From NCBI GenBank assembly GCA_963719495.1, contig CAVRCI010000007.1, forward strand, positions 96,001 through 160,000: 64,000 nt of DNA, in the 5' to 3' direction. Shown here piece by piece: positions 46,334-56,576 of the stretch. Origin of the DNA: an uncultured Verrucomicrobiae bacterium (GTDB lineage Bacteria; Verrucomicrobiota; Verrucomicrobiia; Chthoniobacterales; JAATET01). How positions within the stretch are numbered: position 1 is the stretch's first letter; each line of letters begins with the position of its first letter. Below the pieces are notes generated by a model. It saw only the letters and a list, made by a program, of their open reading frames with translations, ran no database searches and was not told the origin of the DNA. The position numbers and the translations under genes are program-made.

Positions 46334-47227
46334 ATGCAAATCGAATCCTTCAAGATCTTCCGCGATCTCGTCGAAGCCGCGAGCTTTTCCAAGGCCGCCG
46401 AGGCGAATGGCATCACCCAAAGCGCGGTCAGCCAACAGGTTCGCGCCATCGAAAGGAAATTTGACGTCCGTCTCATCGAGCGCGGCCACCGTGATTTCGC
46501 CCTCACCGACGAGGGCCAAGCCTTCCTCGCCGCCAGCCGCGATATCCTCGAAGCCTACGAGGACCTCGGCAACCGCATCGCGTCCATCCAGCACGTCGTC
46601 GGAGGCGAGATCCGCGTGGCGACCGTCCTCAGCATCGGCCTGCACGAGTTTCCGACCCACCTCCGCGCCTTTCGCAAAGCCCACCCGCAGGTCGACGTCA
46701 AGGTGACCTACTGCCGCTCCAACGAAGTCTACGAGGCGCTCGAAGCCGGCGAGTGCGACCTCGGCCTCGTCGCCTATCCGTCCCGCCGCCCCGGTCTCCG
46801 CCCGTTCACGTTCTGGCGCGACAATCTCGTCGTCATCTGCCCGCCCGGCCACCCGCTCGCCGAGCGCACCAGCGTCCGCCTCCGCGATCTCGCCGACCAC
46901 AAATTCGTCGCCTTCGAGCCCGACCTTCCCACCCGCAAGGAAATCGACAAACGCCTCCGCCAACAAAAAGTGAAGATCAAACCGATCCTGGAATTCGACA
47001 ACATCGAGACGGTCAAGCGCGCCGTCGAGATCGAGCAGGCGATCTCGATCGTCCCCGAGATCACCGTCCGCGACGAGGTCCGCGGCAGCGCCCTCGTCGC
47101 CCTCGAGATCGACGAGCCCGAAATGTGGCGCCCCCTCGGAGGCCTCGTCCGCCGCTCGGTCTCCCACTCCCCCGCGCTCACCGAGCTCCTCGCGATGCTT
47201 GAAAAAAGCAATCTCGGCGAGGCATAA
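46334..47227 (+). CDS. LysR family transcriptional regulator
   Basis: SFSKAAEANGITQSAVSQQV HTH plus substrate-binding domain. Confidence 0.93.
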   Translation: MQIESFKIFRDLVEAASFSKAAEANGITQSAVSQQVRAIERKFDVRLIERGHRDFALTDEGQAFLAASRDILEAYEDLGNRIASIQHVVGGEIRVATVLSIGLHEFPTHLRAFRKAHPQVDVKVTYCRSNEVYEALEAGECDLGLVAYPSRRPGLRPFTFWRDNLVVICPPGHPLAERTSVRLRDLADHKFVAFEPDLPTRKEIDKRLRQQKVKIKPILEFDNIETVKRAVEIEQAISIVPEITVRDEVRGSALVALEIDEPEMWRPLGGLVRRSVSHSPALTELLAMLEKSNLGEA

Positions 47228-47296
47228 TCTTCAACGCGACGAGCTCCGTCGCTTTGTCACCCCCCACCAATCACTACTCACCAGTCACCCATCACA

Positions 47297-48175
47297 ATGA
47301 GCGAAGCGAATCAACCCCCCCCCGCCATCGCCGTCATCGGCGGCTCCGGCCTCTACGAAATCGACGGCTTTCAGGAGGACAAACACTACGAAGTCGAGAC
47401 GCCCTTCGGCGACCCGTCCGACTCCATCGTCGGCGGCACCCTCCACGGACGCACCGTCTACTTTCTCCCCCGTCACGGCCGCGGCCACACGATCGCCCCG
47501 CACGAGATCAATCACCGGGCCAACATCTACGCGCTCCGCACGCTCGGCGTCCGCTGGATCATCAGCGCCGCCGCCGTCGGCAGTCTCCAGGAGCGCTTCG
47601 AGCCGCGGGACGTCGTCCTGCCCGCCCAATTTTTCGACCGTTCCAGCCAGCGCGCCGACCACACGTTCTTCGGCTCCGGCGTCGTCGCCCACATCAGCTT
47701 CGCCGAACCCACCTCGCCGAATCTCCGCCAACTCCTCGCCCAGACCTGCTCGTCCCTCGGGAAAAAGTATCACTCCGGCGGCACCTACGTCCAAATGGAC
47801 GGCCCGGCCTTCTCGACCCGGGCCGAGTCCGAGACCAACCGCGGCCTCGGCTTCGACATCATCGGAATGACCGTCCTCCCCGAAGCCAAGCTCGCCCGTG
47901 AAGCCGAGATCGCCTTCGCCTGCATGGCCATGGTCACCGATTACGATTGCTGGCGCGTCACCGAAGACGCCGTCACGGTCGAATCCGTCGTCGCCCACCT
48001 CGCGGCCAACGCCGACACCGCCCGCGACGTCCTCGCCCACGTGATCCCGCGCATCCCCGAGACTCCCGAATGGCCGCCCCACTCCGCGCTCGACGACGCG
48101 ATCGTCACGCCGCGCGAACATTGGTCCGAGGATGCGATTGATCGATTGCAAATCATCCTCGATCGGTTCTTGTAG
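47297..48175 (+). CDS. mtnP: S-methyl-5'-thioadenosine phosphorylase
   Basis: IGGSGLY, TPFGDPS, FLPRHG, GPAFSTRAES, GMT..PEAKLAREAE, VTDYDCW. Confidence 0.93.
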   Translation: MSEANQPPPAIAVIGGSGLYEIDGFQEDKHYEVETPFGDPSDSIVGGTLHGRTVYFLPRHGRGHTIAPHEINHRANIYALRTLGVRWIISAAAVGSLQERFEPRDVVLPAQFFDRSSQRADHTFFGSGVVAHISFAEPTSPNLRQLLAQTCSSLGKKYHSGGTYVQMDGPAFSTRAESETNRGLGFDIIGMTVLPEAKLAREAEIAFACMAMVTDYDCWRVTEDAVTVESVVAHLAANADTARDVLAHVIPRIPETPEWPPHSALDDAIVTPREHWSEDAIDRLQIILDRFL

Positions 48176-48195
48176 TGCCCATCGCTTTTCGCACC

Positions 48196-49044
48196 ATGTC
48201 CATTCGTCTCCTGCGCGGCACCGGCACCGCCATTCTCCTCACCCTTGCCGCCTGTCAATCCGTCCACACGCAGACGGAACCCGAGGTCGTCCCGGCGAAT
48301 CCCGACGCGACCCCGATCAGCCTCTCGCTCAATCCCGAGCCCACCACCGCCGAAACAGTCGGCTCCCTGACCCCGACCGCCTCGGCAACCCCGTCCCCGA
48401 CGCCGACGGCCACGCCGATCTCGACGCCCAAGCCCCCCCGACACGCTTACAATTCCGTCGAGACGGATCGGAAGATCCTGGCCATGACCTTCGACGACGG
48501 CCCCCACCCCAAGCTCACGCCCCAGCTCCTCGACATTCTCAAGGAGCGCAACATCAAGGCGACCTTCTACGTCGTCGGCACAAACGTCGTCGAATACCCC
48601 GCCATCATCGAACGCATGATCGCCGAGGGTCACGAGATCGGGAACCACACTTGGAACCACCCCACCCTCACCAAAATCGGGGCTGCCGGAGTCAAAAGCC
48701 AGATGGACCGCACCACCGACGCCATCGTCAAAACTTCCGGCGTCCGCCCAGCCACCATGCGTCCCCCCTACGGAGCCACCAACGCGAGCCTCAACAAACG
48801 GCTCGACGAGGACTACGGCTTCAAAGTCATCATGTGGTCCGTCGACCCGCTCGATTGGAAATATCGCAATGCCGACCGCGTCACCCGCGAGATCCTGGCC
48901 GGAGCCACCCCCGGCGGCATCATCCTCGTCCACGACATCCACGCAAGTTCCGTCGCCGCCATGCCCGGCACCCTCGACGCTCTCAAAGCTCGAGGCTACG
49001 AATTCGCCACCGTCTCCGAGCTCCTGAAAATGGACGGTCAATAG
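48196..49044 (+). CDS. Polysaccharide deacetylase (CE4/NodB) lipoprotein with Pro/Thr linker
   Basis: Lipobox LAAC; TFDDGP, HTWNH, RPPYG, DPLDW, ILVHD. Confidence 0.92.
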   Translation: MSIRLLRGTGTAILLTLAACQSVHTQTEPEVVPANPDATPISLSLNPEPTTAETVGSLTPTASATPSPTPTATPISTPKPPRHAYNSVETDRKILAMTFDDGPHPKLTPQLLDILKERNIKATFYVVGTNVVEYPAIIERMIAEGHEIGNHTWNHPTLTKIGAAGVKSQMDRTTDAIVKTSGVRPATMRPPYGATNASLNKRLDEDYGFKVIMWSVDPLDWKYRNADRVTREILAGATPGGIILVHDIHASSVAAMPGTLDALKARGYEFATVSELLKMDGQ

Positions 49045-49233
49045 GCCGCCCGGGGAGCGCGACCTTCCAGGTCGCCGCTCCGAGCTTCCAGCTCGGGGCC
49101 AAGTAACCAAAGGCAAAGCCTCAAACCCGCCACGCAAGGACCAGGGATCGCAAGCGTCCCACCGCGGCACCGCATCACCCCCGCAAGTCGAGCGAAGCGA
49201 GAGAGCCGAACCAAAGAGCGCCGCGCCGCAAGC

Positions 49234-50358
49234 TCACCCCAGCGCCCACTGCAACATCGGAGTGTAAAGCTCCGGCTCCAGCAAAAACGAGTCGTGCCCC
49301 TTCTCGGAGTGGACCGTCATTCGCACCGTTTCCACCCCAGCCGCCTTCAGCACCGCCACCATCTCCGCCTGCTCCTCCGGATAAAACGAAACGTCCGAAT
49401 CGATCGAAAACGTCAAATACCGCTGACCCCCACACCGCCCAAAAAGCTCCCCCAGATCCGCCGCCCCCGACCCCGCCAGCAGATCGAACCGCTGCCACGC
49501 CTCCAGGATCCGCAGATACGAATTCGCGTCGAAGCGCCGAACGAACTTCCGACCCTGGTGCAGCATGTAGGATTCCTCCGGCGAACTCACCCCGTAGCTC
49601 GTTAGCTCCCCACCGCCCCGCACCACCTCGCCCCGAGCCCGTTCGGTCAAGGTCCGCAACGAAATGAACGTCTTGTGTGCGATCATCCGCGCCAGCGCCA
49701 GACCCCGATCCGGCCGCTCCCCATTGTAGTAGTCCCCGCCCGCAAAAGCCGGATCCGCCTCGATCGCAAAAGCCTGCTCCAGATTCAAAATCCGCTGCAA
49801 CGGGGTCACCGCCAACCCCGTGCTGATCGGAATCACCGTTCGCACCCGGTCCGGCCAACGCGTCGCCAACTCCAGCGCCAACATCCCACCGACCGAAGCC
49901 CCCACCGTCGCGTGCAATCGACCGATGCCCAGCGAATTCACCAGCGCCATCTGCGACGCCACGATGTCCGTCAAAGTGATCCTCGGGAAGGTCGATCCGT
50001 AAGCCGAGCCGGTCGCCGGATCGACGCTCGCCGGCCCCGTCGACCCGTAGCATCCGCCAAGGTAGTTCGCGCAGATGACGAAGAACTTCCGCGTATCAAG
50101 CGCCTTCCCTTCACCGACGAAGCCGTCCCACCACCCCTCACGGCACTCCTCCGTCCAGAGCTCCCCGACTCCCGGGACGCCCTCGCGCCACCCCGCCGCG
50201 TGTTGACTCCCCGTCATCGCGTGAAAGACGAGCACGGCATTATCCCGAGCCGCGTTCAGCTCGCCGTACGTCTCGTAAGCGACCTCGAAGCCCGCGAGCG
50301 CCGGACCGGAAGTCAGCCGCAAAGCCTCCTCCGACCGAAAGACGCCCGCTCGCATCAC
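49234..50358 (-). CDS. metX: Homoserine O-acyltransferase
   Basis: AYETYG, HAMTG, GWWD, GASVGG nucleophile elbow, RFDANSY, GHDSFL. Confidence 0.92.
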   Translation of the reverse strand: MMRAGVFRSEEALRLTSGPALAGFEVAYETYGELNAARDNAVLVFHAMTGSQHAAGWREGVPGVGELWTEECREGWWDGFVGEGKALDTRKFFVICANYLGGCYGSTGPASVDPATGSAYGSTFPRITLTDIVASQMALVNSLGIGRLHATVGASVGGMLALELATRWPDRVRTVIPISTGLAVTPLQRILNLEQAFAIEADPAFAGGDYYNGERPDRGLALARMIAHKTFISLRTLTERARGEVVRGGGELTSYGVSSPEESYMLHQGRKFVRRFDANSYLRILEAWQRFDLLAGSGAADLGELFGRCGGQRYLTFSIDSDVSFYPEEQAEMVAVLKAAGVETVRMTVHSEKGHDSFLLEPELYTPMLQWALG

Positions 50359-50387
50359 TTAATTCTTAATTCTTAAAAACTTAAAAC

Positions 50388-51668
50388 TCATCCAGCCGCC
50401 GCCACGGCCAAAGCCTGATCGAGATCAGCAATGATGTCGTCGACATGCTCCAACCCGACCGACAGCCGCACCAGCTCGGGCTTGATCCCACCCGCCGTCT
50501 GCTGCTCGACCGTCATCTGCGAATGCGTCGTCGTCGCCGGATGGATCGCCAGACTCTTCGCGTCGCCGACGTTCGCCAGGTGCGAGAAGAGCTTTAGAGC
50601 TTCGATGAATTTCGACCCCGCCGCCGCGCCGCCTTTGATCCCAAACACGACCATCGATCCGCCGCGGCCGCCGAGGTATTTCTCGCACTTCTCCGGCTCG
50701 TCGAAGAGCGGATACCGAACCCACTCGACGCCCGCCTTGTTCTGAAGGTGCTTTGCAACCGCCAGCCCGTTCTCGCAGTGCCGGTCCATTCTAAGCGGCA
50801 GGGTCTCGATTCCCTGCAAAAACATCCACGCGTTGTCCGGCGTCGTGCACGCGCCGAGATTGCGCAGCGGGATCACCCGCATGCGCAGAATGTAGGCGAC
50901 CGGTGCCAGCATCTCGGGCAGATCGTGCGCCCAGCGGACGCCGTGGTAGCTCGGCTCCGGCTCCGTCATGAGCGGAAATTTGTCGTTCTGCTTCCAATCG
51001 AATTTGCCCGAGTCGACCACGATGCCGCCGATCCCGGTCCCGTGGCCGCCAAGCCATTTCGTAAGCGAATACACCACGATGTCCGCACCGTGCGCCGTCG
51101 GGCTTTCCAGATAAGGCGTCGTAAACGTCCCGTCCACGATGAGCGGAATTCCGTTCTCGTGCGCGATCGCCGCGATGGCCTCGATGTCCGCCACGTTCAG
51201 CGCCGGATTGCTCACCGTCTCGCAGAAGAGCGCCTTCGTTTTTGGCGTGATCGCTTTCCGATAATTTTCCGGATCGCGCCCGTCGACGAAATTCACCTTG
51301 ATCCCGAACTGCGGCAGGATGTCGTTGAACTGCGTGTAACTCCCACCGTAAAGATCGTTCGCCGAGACGATCTCATCGCCCTGCTGGCAAATGTTCACGA
51401 TCGCATAGAAGACCGCCGTCGTGCCCGAAGCCACCGCCAGCGCCGCCGCTCCGCCCTCGAGTTCCGCCACGCGCTTCTCGAGCACGTCGTGCGTCGGATT
51501 CATCAGCCGCGTGTAAATGTTCCCCAGCTCGCGCAGGCCGAAGAGCGCCGCCGCGTGCTCGGTATTCTTGAATTGATAACCCGCGGTCCGGTGGATTGGC
51601 ACGCCCCGCGAAAGGGTCGTGGGATCGGCCTCGGTGCCACCATGCAAACAAACAGTCTCGAACTTCAT
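50388..51668 (-). CDS. metY: O-acetylhomoserine aminocarboxypropyltransferase
   Basis: GNIYTRLMNPT, YSLTKW PLP lysine, LANVGDAKSLAIHPATTTHSQ. Confidence 0.95.
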   Translation of the reverse strand: MKFETVCLHGGTEADPTTLSRGVPIHRTAGYQFKNTEHAAALFGLRELGNIYTRLMNPTHDVLEKRVAELEGGAAALAVASGTTAVFYAIVNICQQGDEIVSANDLYGGSYTQFNDILPQFGIKVNFVDGRDPENYRKAITPKTKALFCETVSNPALNVADIEAIAAIAHENGIPLIVDGTFTTPYLESPTAHGADIVVYSLTKWLGGHGTGIGGIVVDSGKFDWKQNDKFPLMTEPEPSYHGVRWAHDLPEMLAPVAYILRMRVIPLRNLGACTTPDNAWMFLQGIETLPLRMDRHCENGLAVAKHLQNKAGVEWVRYPLFDEPEKCEKYLGGRGGSMVVFGIKGGAAAGSKFIEALKLFSHLANVGDAKSLAIHPATTTHSQMTVEQQTAGGIKPELVRLSVGLEHVDDIIADLDQALAVAAAG

Positions 51669-51817
51669 AAAGGGAACATACGTTGGAACCCGCGATCCTG
51701 ACTCCATCCTCCGCCCCATCGCAACCAAAAGCCGTGTCATTGTCGGATCGCGGCCTGGGAAAAATTTCCCGCACGAGCCGCTTCCGTTTCGCGCCGAAAC
51801 GTGAAAGATTCCCCGCC

Positions 51818-52171
51818 ATGGATCAACCAGGCAGCATCAGTAACAGCCGCAACGTCCTCGGGGGCGACATCGAAATCAACGGCACGGTCAAATTTGGCAA
51901 CGAGCTCATCCTCGACGGAAAGGTCGACGGCGAAATCCTCTCCGACGGCGCGCTCACCATCGGCAAAAACGCCAAGGTCACCGGTGAGATCAAGACCGGC
52001 TCCGCCGTCGTCTACGGCACCGTCACCGGCAACATCACCGTCAAGGACCGCGCCGAGCTGAAAAGCTCCGCCCAGGTCGAAGGCGACCTCAAAGCCGCCC
52101 GGGTCGCCATCGAAGAAGGCGCCATCTTCATCGGAAAAAGTGAGATCAGCTCCCGCCCCGCGAAGAGCTGA
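51818..52171 (+). CDS. Bactofilin (polymer-forming cytoskeletal protein)
   Basis: IEINGTVKF...LILDGKVDGEI...LTIGKNAKVTGEI...IEEGAIFIG. Confidence 0.9.
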   Translation: MDQPGSISNSRNVLGGDIEINGTVKFGNELILDGKVDGEILSDGALTIGKNAKVTGEIKTGSAVVYGTVTGNITVKDRAELKSSAQVEGDLKAARVAIEEGAIFIGKSEISSRPAKS

Positions 52172-52384
52172 TCCCGGAGCGGCGATTCGCAAGTCGCTTC
52201 GCCCGTCTCCGCTCCACCCCGGCTGCCGAACCAACCCACTCCGGCGAAGCTCGCCGGATCCTCCGGGGACCGGCGGCTTCCAGCCGCCCGTCCCACCCAA
52301 TCCGGCCCCGCCCGGACACTTCCCGCAACCAACGCCCCCCACCCTTGAACTCCCCCCGTCCGCCCGCCTAACGTCGCCGCAGCG

Positions 52385-54118
52385 ATGTCCCTGCTGCCGA
52401 CCCTGCTGAACAAACTTCCGGCGCAGACCCGTGGAGTCGTTCTCACCTGCCTCTACGGAGCCGTCGGCAGCTTCGTCGCCGTCGCCTTTCACCACGCGAT
52501 CGGCTACATCTTCGACCACGTCTGGTATCCGCTCGCCGACCTGCCCGACACCGAATTCTGGAAGTTCGCGCTCATCAGCTTCGCCGTCCTCAGCACCGGC
52601 ACCCTCATCTCCGGCGTCCTGCTCGCCAACTTCGCCCCCGACGCCGCCGGCAGCGGCATCCCGCAACTCAAGCTCGCTTACTGGCGCGACATGGGCGTCA
52701 TGCCCTTCCGAACGATCTGGGTCAAATTCATCGCCGGTGCCGTGAGCGTCGGCGGCGGCCTCAGCCTCGGACGCGAAGGCCCCACCGTGCAAATGGCCGC
52801 CGGCCTCGCGTCGTGGGTCGGAGCCCACTTCGGCGTTGTCAAATTCGAGCGCCGCACCGCCGCTGCCTGCGGAGCCGCCGCCGGCCTCGCCGCCGCCTTC
52901 AACACCCCCATCGCCGCCGTCACCTTCGTCCTCGAGGAAATCATCGAGGACCTCAACAACCGCGCCATCGGTCGCATCCTCCTCGCCTCCGTCACCTCCG
53001 CCTTCTGCCTCTATTTCCTCAGCGGCAACGACCCATCCTTCAGCATCAACTTCAGCGGCGAATTCAATTGGCACCTCTTCATCTACGGTCCCATCGCCGC
53101 CTTCCTCGCCTCCCTCGTCGGCGTCGCGTTTCAGAATTCCTCCCTCGCCTGGCGCTCCCGCATCAAATCCCACAGCCGCATGCCCGCCTGGTCACGCCCC
53201 TGGGTCGGTGGCCTCTTCACCTGGCTCTCCGCCTGCGTCATCTTCTATTACTTCAAACGCCTCGGCGTCCTCGGCCTCGGCTACCACGACCTGAACGACT
53301 CGCTCACCGGCACCCTCACCTGGGACATCTGCCTCGCCCTCCTCGCAGCCAAATTCATCGCCACCGTCGCGAGCTACGCGTGGGGTGGTTGCGGCGGCAT
53401 CTTCGCGCCCACGCTCTTCCTCGGAGCCATGACCGGCGCCGCCTTCGCCGGACTCGCCGACATCCCACTCCCGATGACCCGCGAGGAACACATCGTCCTC
53501 GCGGTCGTCGGCATGAGCTCCTGCCTCGGCGCCGTCGTCCGCGCCCCCGTCACCTCGATCCTCATCGTCTTCGAACTCACCCACGATTTCTCCCTCGTCC
53601 CCCTCCTCATGCTCAGCGCCATCATCAGCCAGGCCACCAGCCGCTGGCTCTGCGCCGAGAATTTCTACGCCCAGGTCCTCCACGACGACGGCATTCACCT
53701 CGACAAGCACATGGGCCACCGCGACTTCGCCCACTGGAACCGCGCCCGCGTCTCCACCTTCGCAAATTTCAAACCCATCCTCGTCTCCTCCTTCGACACC
53801 GACGCCGTCCAGAAGATCCTCGACGCGTCCACCCACCACACCTACCCCGTCTGCGACGAGACCGGCCGCATTCAAGGCGTCGTCGAACGCGACGACCTCA
53901 CCCGCCTCGTCGCCACCGGCGAGGAACCCAACGTCCACGTCGCCAGCACGACCTCGCCGGAAACCACCATCGGCGACATCCAACGCAAACTCGTCGAAGC
54001 CCCCCTCAACATCGTCGTCCTCGTCGACGAGACCCGCAACACCGCCATCGGCATCTTCACCCTCCACGACCTCCTCCGCGCCCAACTCGCCGAATCCGAA
54101 CGCGCCGGCCTGGGCTGA
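52385..54118 (+). CDS. ClC chloride channel/antiporter with C-terminal CBS pair
   Basis: GSGIP, GREGP, GGIFAP signature motifs. Confidence 0.93.
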   Translation: MSLLPTLLNKLPAQTRGVVLTCLYGAVGSFVAVAFHHAIGYIFDHVWYPLADLPDTEFWKFALISFAVLSTGTLISGVLLANFAPDAAGSGIPQLKLAYWRDMGVMPFRTIWVKFIAGAVSVGGGLSLGREGPTVQMAAGLASWVGAHFGVVKFERRTAAACGAAAGLAAAFNTPIAAVTFVLEEIIEDLNNRAIGRILLASVTSAFCLYFLSGNDPSFSINFSGEFNWHLFIYGPIAAFLASLVGVAFQNSSLAWRSRIKSHSRMPAWSRPWVGGLFTWLSACVIFYYFKRLGVLGLGYHDLNDSLTGTLTWDICLALLAAKFIATVASYAWGGCGGIFAPTLFLGAMTGAAFAGLADIPLPMTREEHIVLAVVGMSSCLGAVVRAPVTSILIVFELTHDFSLVPLLMLSAIISQATSRWLCAENFYAQVLHDDGIHLDKHMGHRDFAHWNRARVSTFANFKPILVSSFDTDAVQKILDASTHHTYPVCDETGRIQGVVERDDLTRLVATGEEPNVHVASTTSPETTIGDIQRKLVEAPLNIVVLVDETRNTAIGIFTLHDLLRAQLAESERAGLG

Positions 54119-54135
54119 TCCCGCCGGATTTCGGA

Positions 54136-54547
54136 GCCGCAAAGAGTCGCAAAATTCGCAAATCAATACGAACCGCACCTGGACTTTGTTCGACTGACCA
54201 GTTCTCTCCGCCTCCTCTCTTCGTCCCCTGTCATCTTGAGGACCCTGAGCACGCAAGCGAGCCAAGAAGCCGGGGATGACAAATCAATGGCAGCGAAGCC
54301 CATTCTTCCAAATCTTTGCGACCTTTGCGGCCTTCTGTTCAAAGCCTCATTGGTATCCGTATTCCCCCTCGTTCTCTTCGTTCCCTTCTGTTCAAAACAG
54401 CCCATGTCATTGGCAACGAAGTGAAAAATCTCTGGCTTCTCACCATCACCGCGACACCAGCAAAATGTCAGAAGTGTCTCGCCTCCCTCAACCTGCCAGC
54501 CTCCGCCGAATGCATCCCCTCTTGAGCCTTCTGCGCCTTTTTGCGGC
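54136..54547. repeat. Cluster of degenerate 9-bp periodic repeats
   Basis: ctttgcgac-ctttgcggc-cttctgttc-aaa (54314), cctcgttct-cttcgttcc-cttctgttc-aaaa (54367), gccgcaaag-agtcgcaaa-attcgcaaa (54136) and an inverted counterpart near 54521-54547. Confidence 0.65.
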
Positions 54548-54956
54548 CATATTCCTTCTCACCGGCTGCAAGAACTCCGCGTTCAACTCCACCGGCGGCA
54601 TCATCAACCCCGGAGCCAGCGCCGCCCTCCCCGCCCCCGTTCCGTTCCCCGTCAGCGTCGGCGGCCAACCCGTCATCCCCGCCTACCCTTGGTGCGCCCG
54701 CATCGTCGACCCGGTCGCCAAAGACGCCACGATTCGCATCCCGGGCGTCGAGCGCGCCACCGTTTCCCTCTATTCCTGCGACGCCGCCGGCCGCACGCCG
54801 AGCCCCAACGTCCGCGCCATCTACAACTTCCGAAACAAAGATTCCAAATCACTCGCCGACGACCCCATCGGCATCGCCCCCACCCCCGGCCACTACCTCG
54901 CCAGGGTCGAGTCGCCCGGCAAACCCGCCTTCACCTTCGTCTTCGAAGTTCGGTGA
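54510..54956 (+). CDS. Hypothetical lipoprotein
   Basis: Lipobox LLTGC; C-ending codons like neighbouring genes; beta-rich C-terminus. Confidence 0.6.
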   Translation: MHPLLSLLRLFAAIFLLTGCKNSAFNSTGGIINPGASAALPAPVPFPVSVGGQPVIPAYPWCARIVDPVAKDATIRIPGVERATVSLYSCDAAGRTPSPNVRAIYNFRNKDSKSLADDPIGIAPTPGHYLARVESPGKPAFTFVFEVR

Positions 54957-55097
54957 TCACGACATGATTGCCGGAGAGCTTCTGGCGATCCATTCCCGAT
55001 GACCGTTGACCTCCACCGCTTTGTGACGTTTTTTTCACAGATCCCCGCTCTCGTGCCCGGGAATTGCTTGCGTTAGAAAGAAATCCCGCCCGAAGTC

Positions 55098-56576
55098 ATG
55101 AGCCGTCCCCGATCCCGTCCCCCGCTCGCCGCCCTTGGCGTCCTCCTCACTGTCTTTCTCGGAGCCGGATGTTCCGAGCAACCAGCCGAGACGCCCGACG
55201 TCATCGTCCTCCAGTCCGGTCGGATGCGAGGTAACGTCTACCCGAAATCGCTCCAGAGCATCGCCTCGCTCCAGCACTATCCCTACCTCGCGGGCTACGT
55301 GAAACAGGTCCGCGAGGAAGCGAAGAAGACCGGTGCGCGCGTCGTCCTCGTCGACCTCGGCGACAGCCTCGGCGGCTCCTTCGCCAGCCACGCGACCCAA
55401 TCCAGTAACATGGTCGATTTCTTCAACGAGCTCGGCTACGACGCCATCGTCCTCGGCAATCTCGACAACAACGTCCCGCCCGACGCCCTCGCCAGACTCG
55501 AGCCGATCGTCCTCAGTCCCTTCGCCGCGCCGGACGGCACGTCCGCCGTCGCCGGCACGAAGTTCGGCACCCGCCTCGACCTCGACGGTGTCCCCATCGA
55601 TCTCCTCGCAAATTTTTACGGCGACGTCTCGCGCGCGCAATTTCCCGAGCGATTCCCGACCTGGTTCGGCAACACCGACGAGGAAGTCACCCCCGTCCGC
55701 GACTACGCCGCCGTCCTGAAAAGCCTCGGCGACCGCCCCGCCGGAGCCCTCACGCTCCTCACGTGGATGAAGTTCGAATCACCCAAAAATCCGCCGGAAG
55801 CCTTCCTCAAAAACCTCGCCGACCTCGACGTCAACGCCATCCTCGCCCACCGCATCTACTCCGCCGGCGAACGCGAAGTCTGGTCCGAACAGACCTTCTA
55901 CGACTGGACCCCGCCCGTCTCCGAGAACATCCTCCGCAACAACGGCGGCTTCACGCTCGCCCGCCTCGACCTCAAGCGCGACGGCGACACCTGGCGCGTC
56001 CTCAGCCAGTCGCTTCTCCCGATGACCGCCAACACCGCCCCCGCCGACAACGCCATCACGGAAAAAATCGCCTCCTTCGCCGACGCCATTTCCACCGCCG
56101 ACCGCACCATCGACGAACTCCGCGACCCCGTCGCCGAAGATCAAATCCTCCGCGGCTACCTCGCCGCCCTCACCACCATCCCCGGCACCCAGATCGCCGC
56201 CTACTCCCGCCAGTCCATTCGCTCCGATTGGCCCGCCGGCACCCTCAACGCCTCCCGCGTCTTCAACAGTCTCCCGTGGACCACCAGCGTCGTTCAGCTT
56301 TCGCTCACGCCCGACCAACTCACCGCCCTCGGCCGGCTCAGCGGCATGGTTTTCCTCCGTCAGAAGGACCTCCCCGCCGACGCCACGGCCACCGTCACCA
56401 CCTCCCGCTTCTTCGCCTCGCTCATCGCCGACCAACTCGGCCTCCCCGCCACCGCCCTTCAATCCACCCCCGCCACCTCCGAATTCGACACCTTCGTCGA
56501 TTACCTCGTCGCCGCCCCCAAGCCGCTCACCTTTGCATTTCCCGAGGGCTGGACCTTCGTAGATCCCCGTGGTTGA
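55098..56576 (+). CDS. 5'-nucleotidase/metallophosphoesterase-like lipoprotein with degenerate metal motifs
   Basis: Lipobox LGAGC; LVDLGDSLGGS, LGYDAIVLGNLD, LARLDL, SIRSDWPAG...LPW. Confidence 0.7.
   Translation: MSRPRSRPPLAALGVLLTVFLGAGCSEQPAETPDVIVLQSGRMRGNVYPKSLQSIASLQHYPYLAGYVKQVREEAKKTGARVVLVDLGDSLGGSFASHATQSSNMVDFFNELGYDAIVLGNLDNNVPPDALARLEPIVLSPFAAPDGTSAVAGTKFGTRLDLDGVPIDLLANFYGDVSRAQFPERFPTWFGNTDEEVTPVRDYAAVLKSLGDRPAGALTLLTWMKFESPKNPPEAFLKNLADLDVNAILAHRIYSAGEREVWSEQTFYDWTPPVSENILRNNGGFTLARLDLKRDGDTWRVLSQSLLPMTANTAPADNAITEKIASFADAISTADRTIDELRDPVAEDQILRGYLAALTTIPGTQIAAYSRQSIRSDWPAGTLNASRVFNSLPWTTSVVQLSLTPDQLTALGRLSGMVFLRQKDLPADATATVTTSRFFASLIADQLGLPATALQSTPATSEFDTFVDYLVAAPKPLTFAFPEGWTFVDPRG

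Noticed and set aside
51669..51817. SAM riboswitch upstream of metY
   Set aside because: No recognisable SAM-I/II core by eye; region is short and shared with the divergent bactofilin promoter; an Rfam scan would settle it
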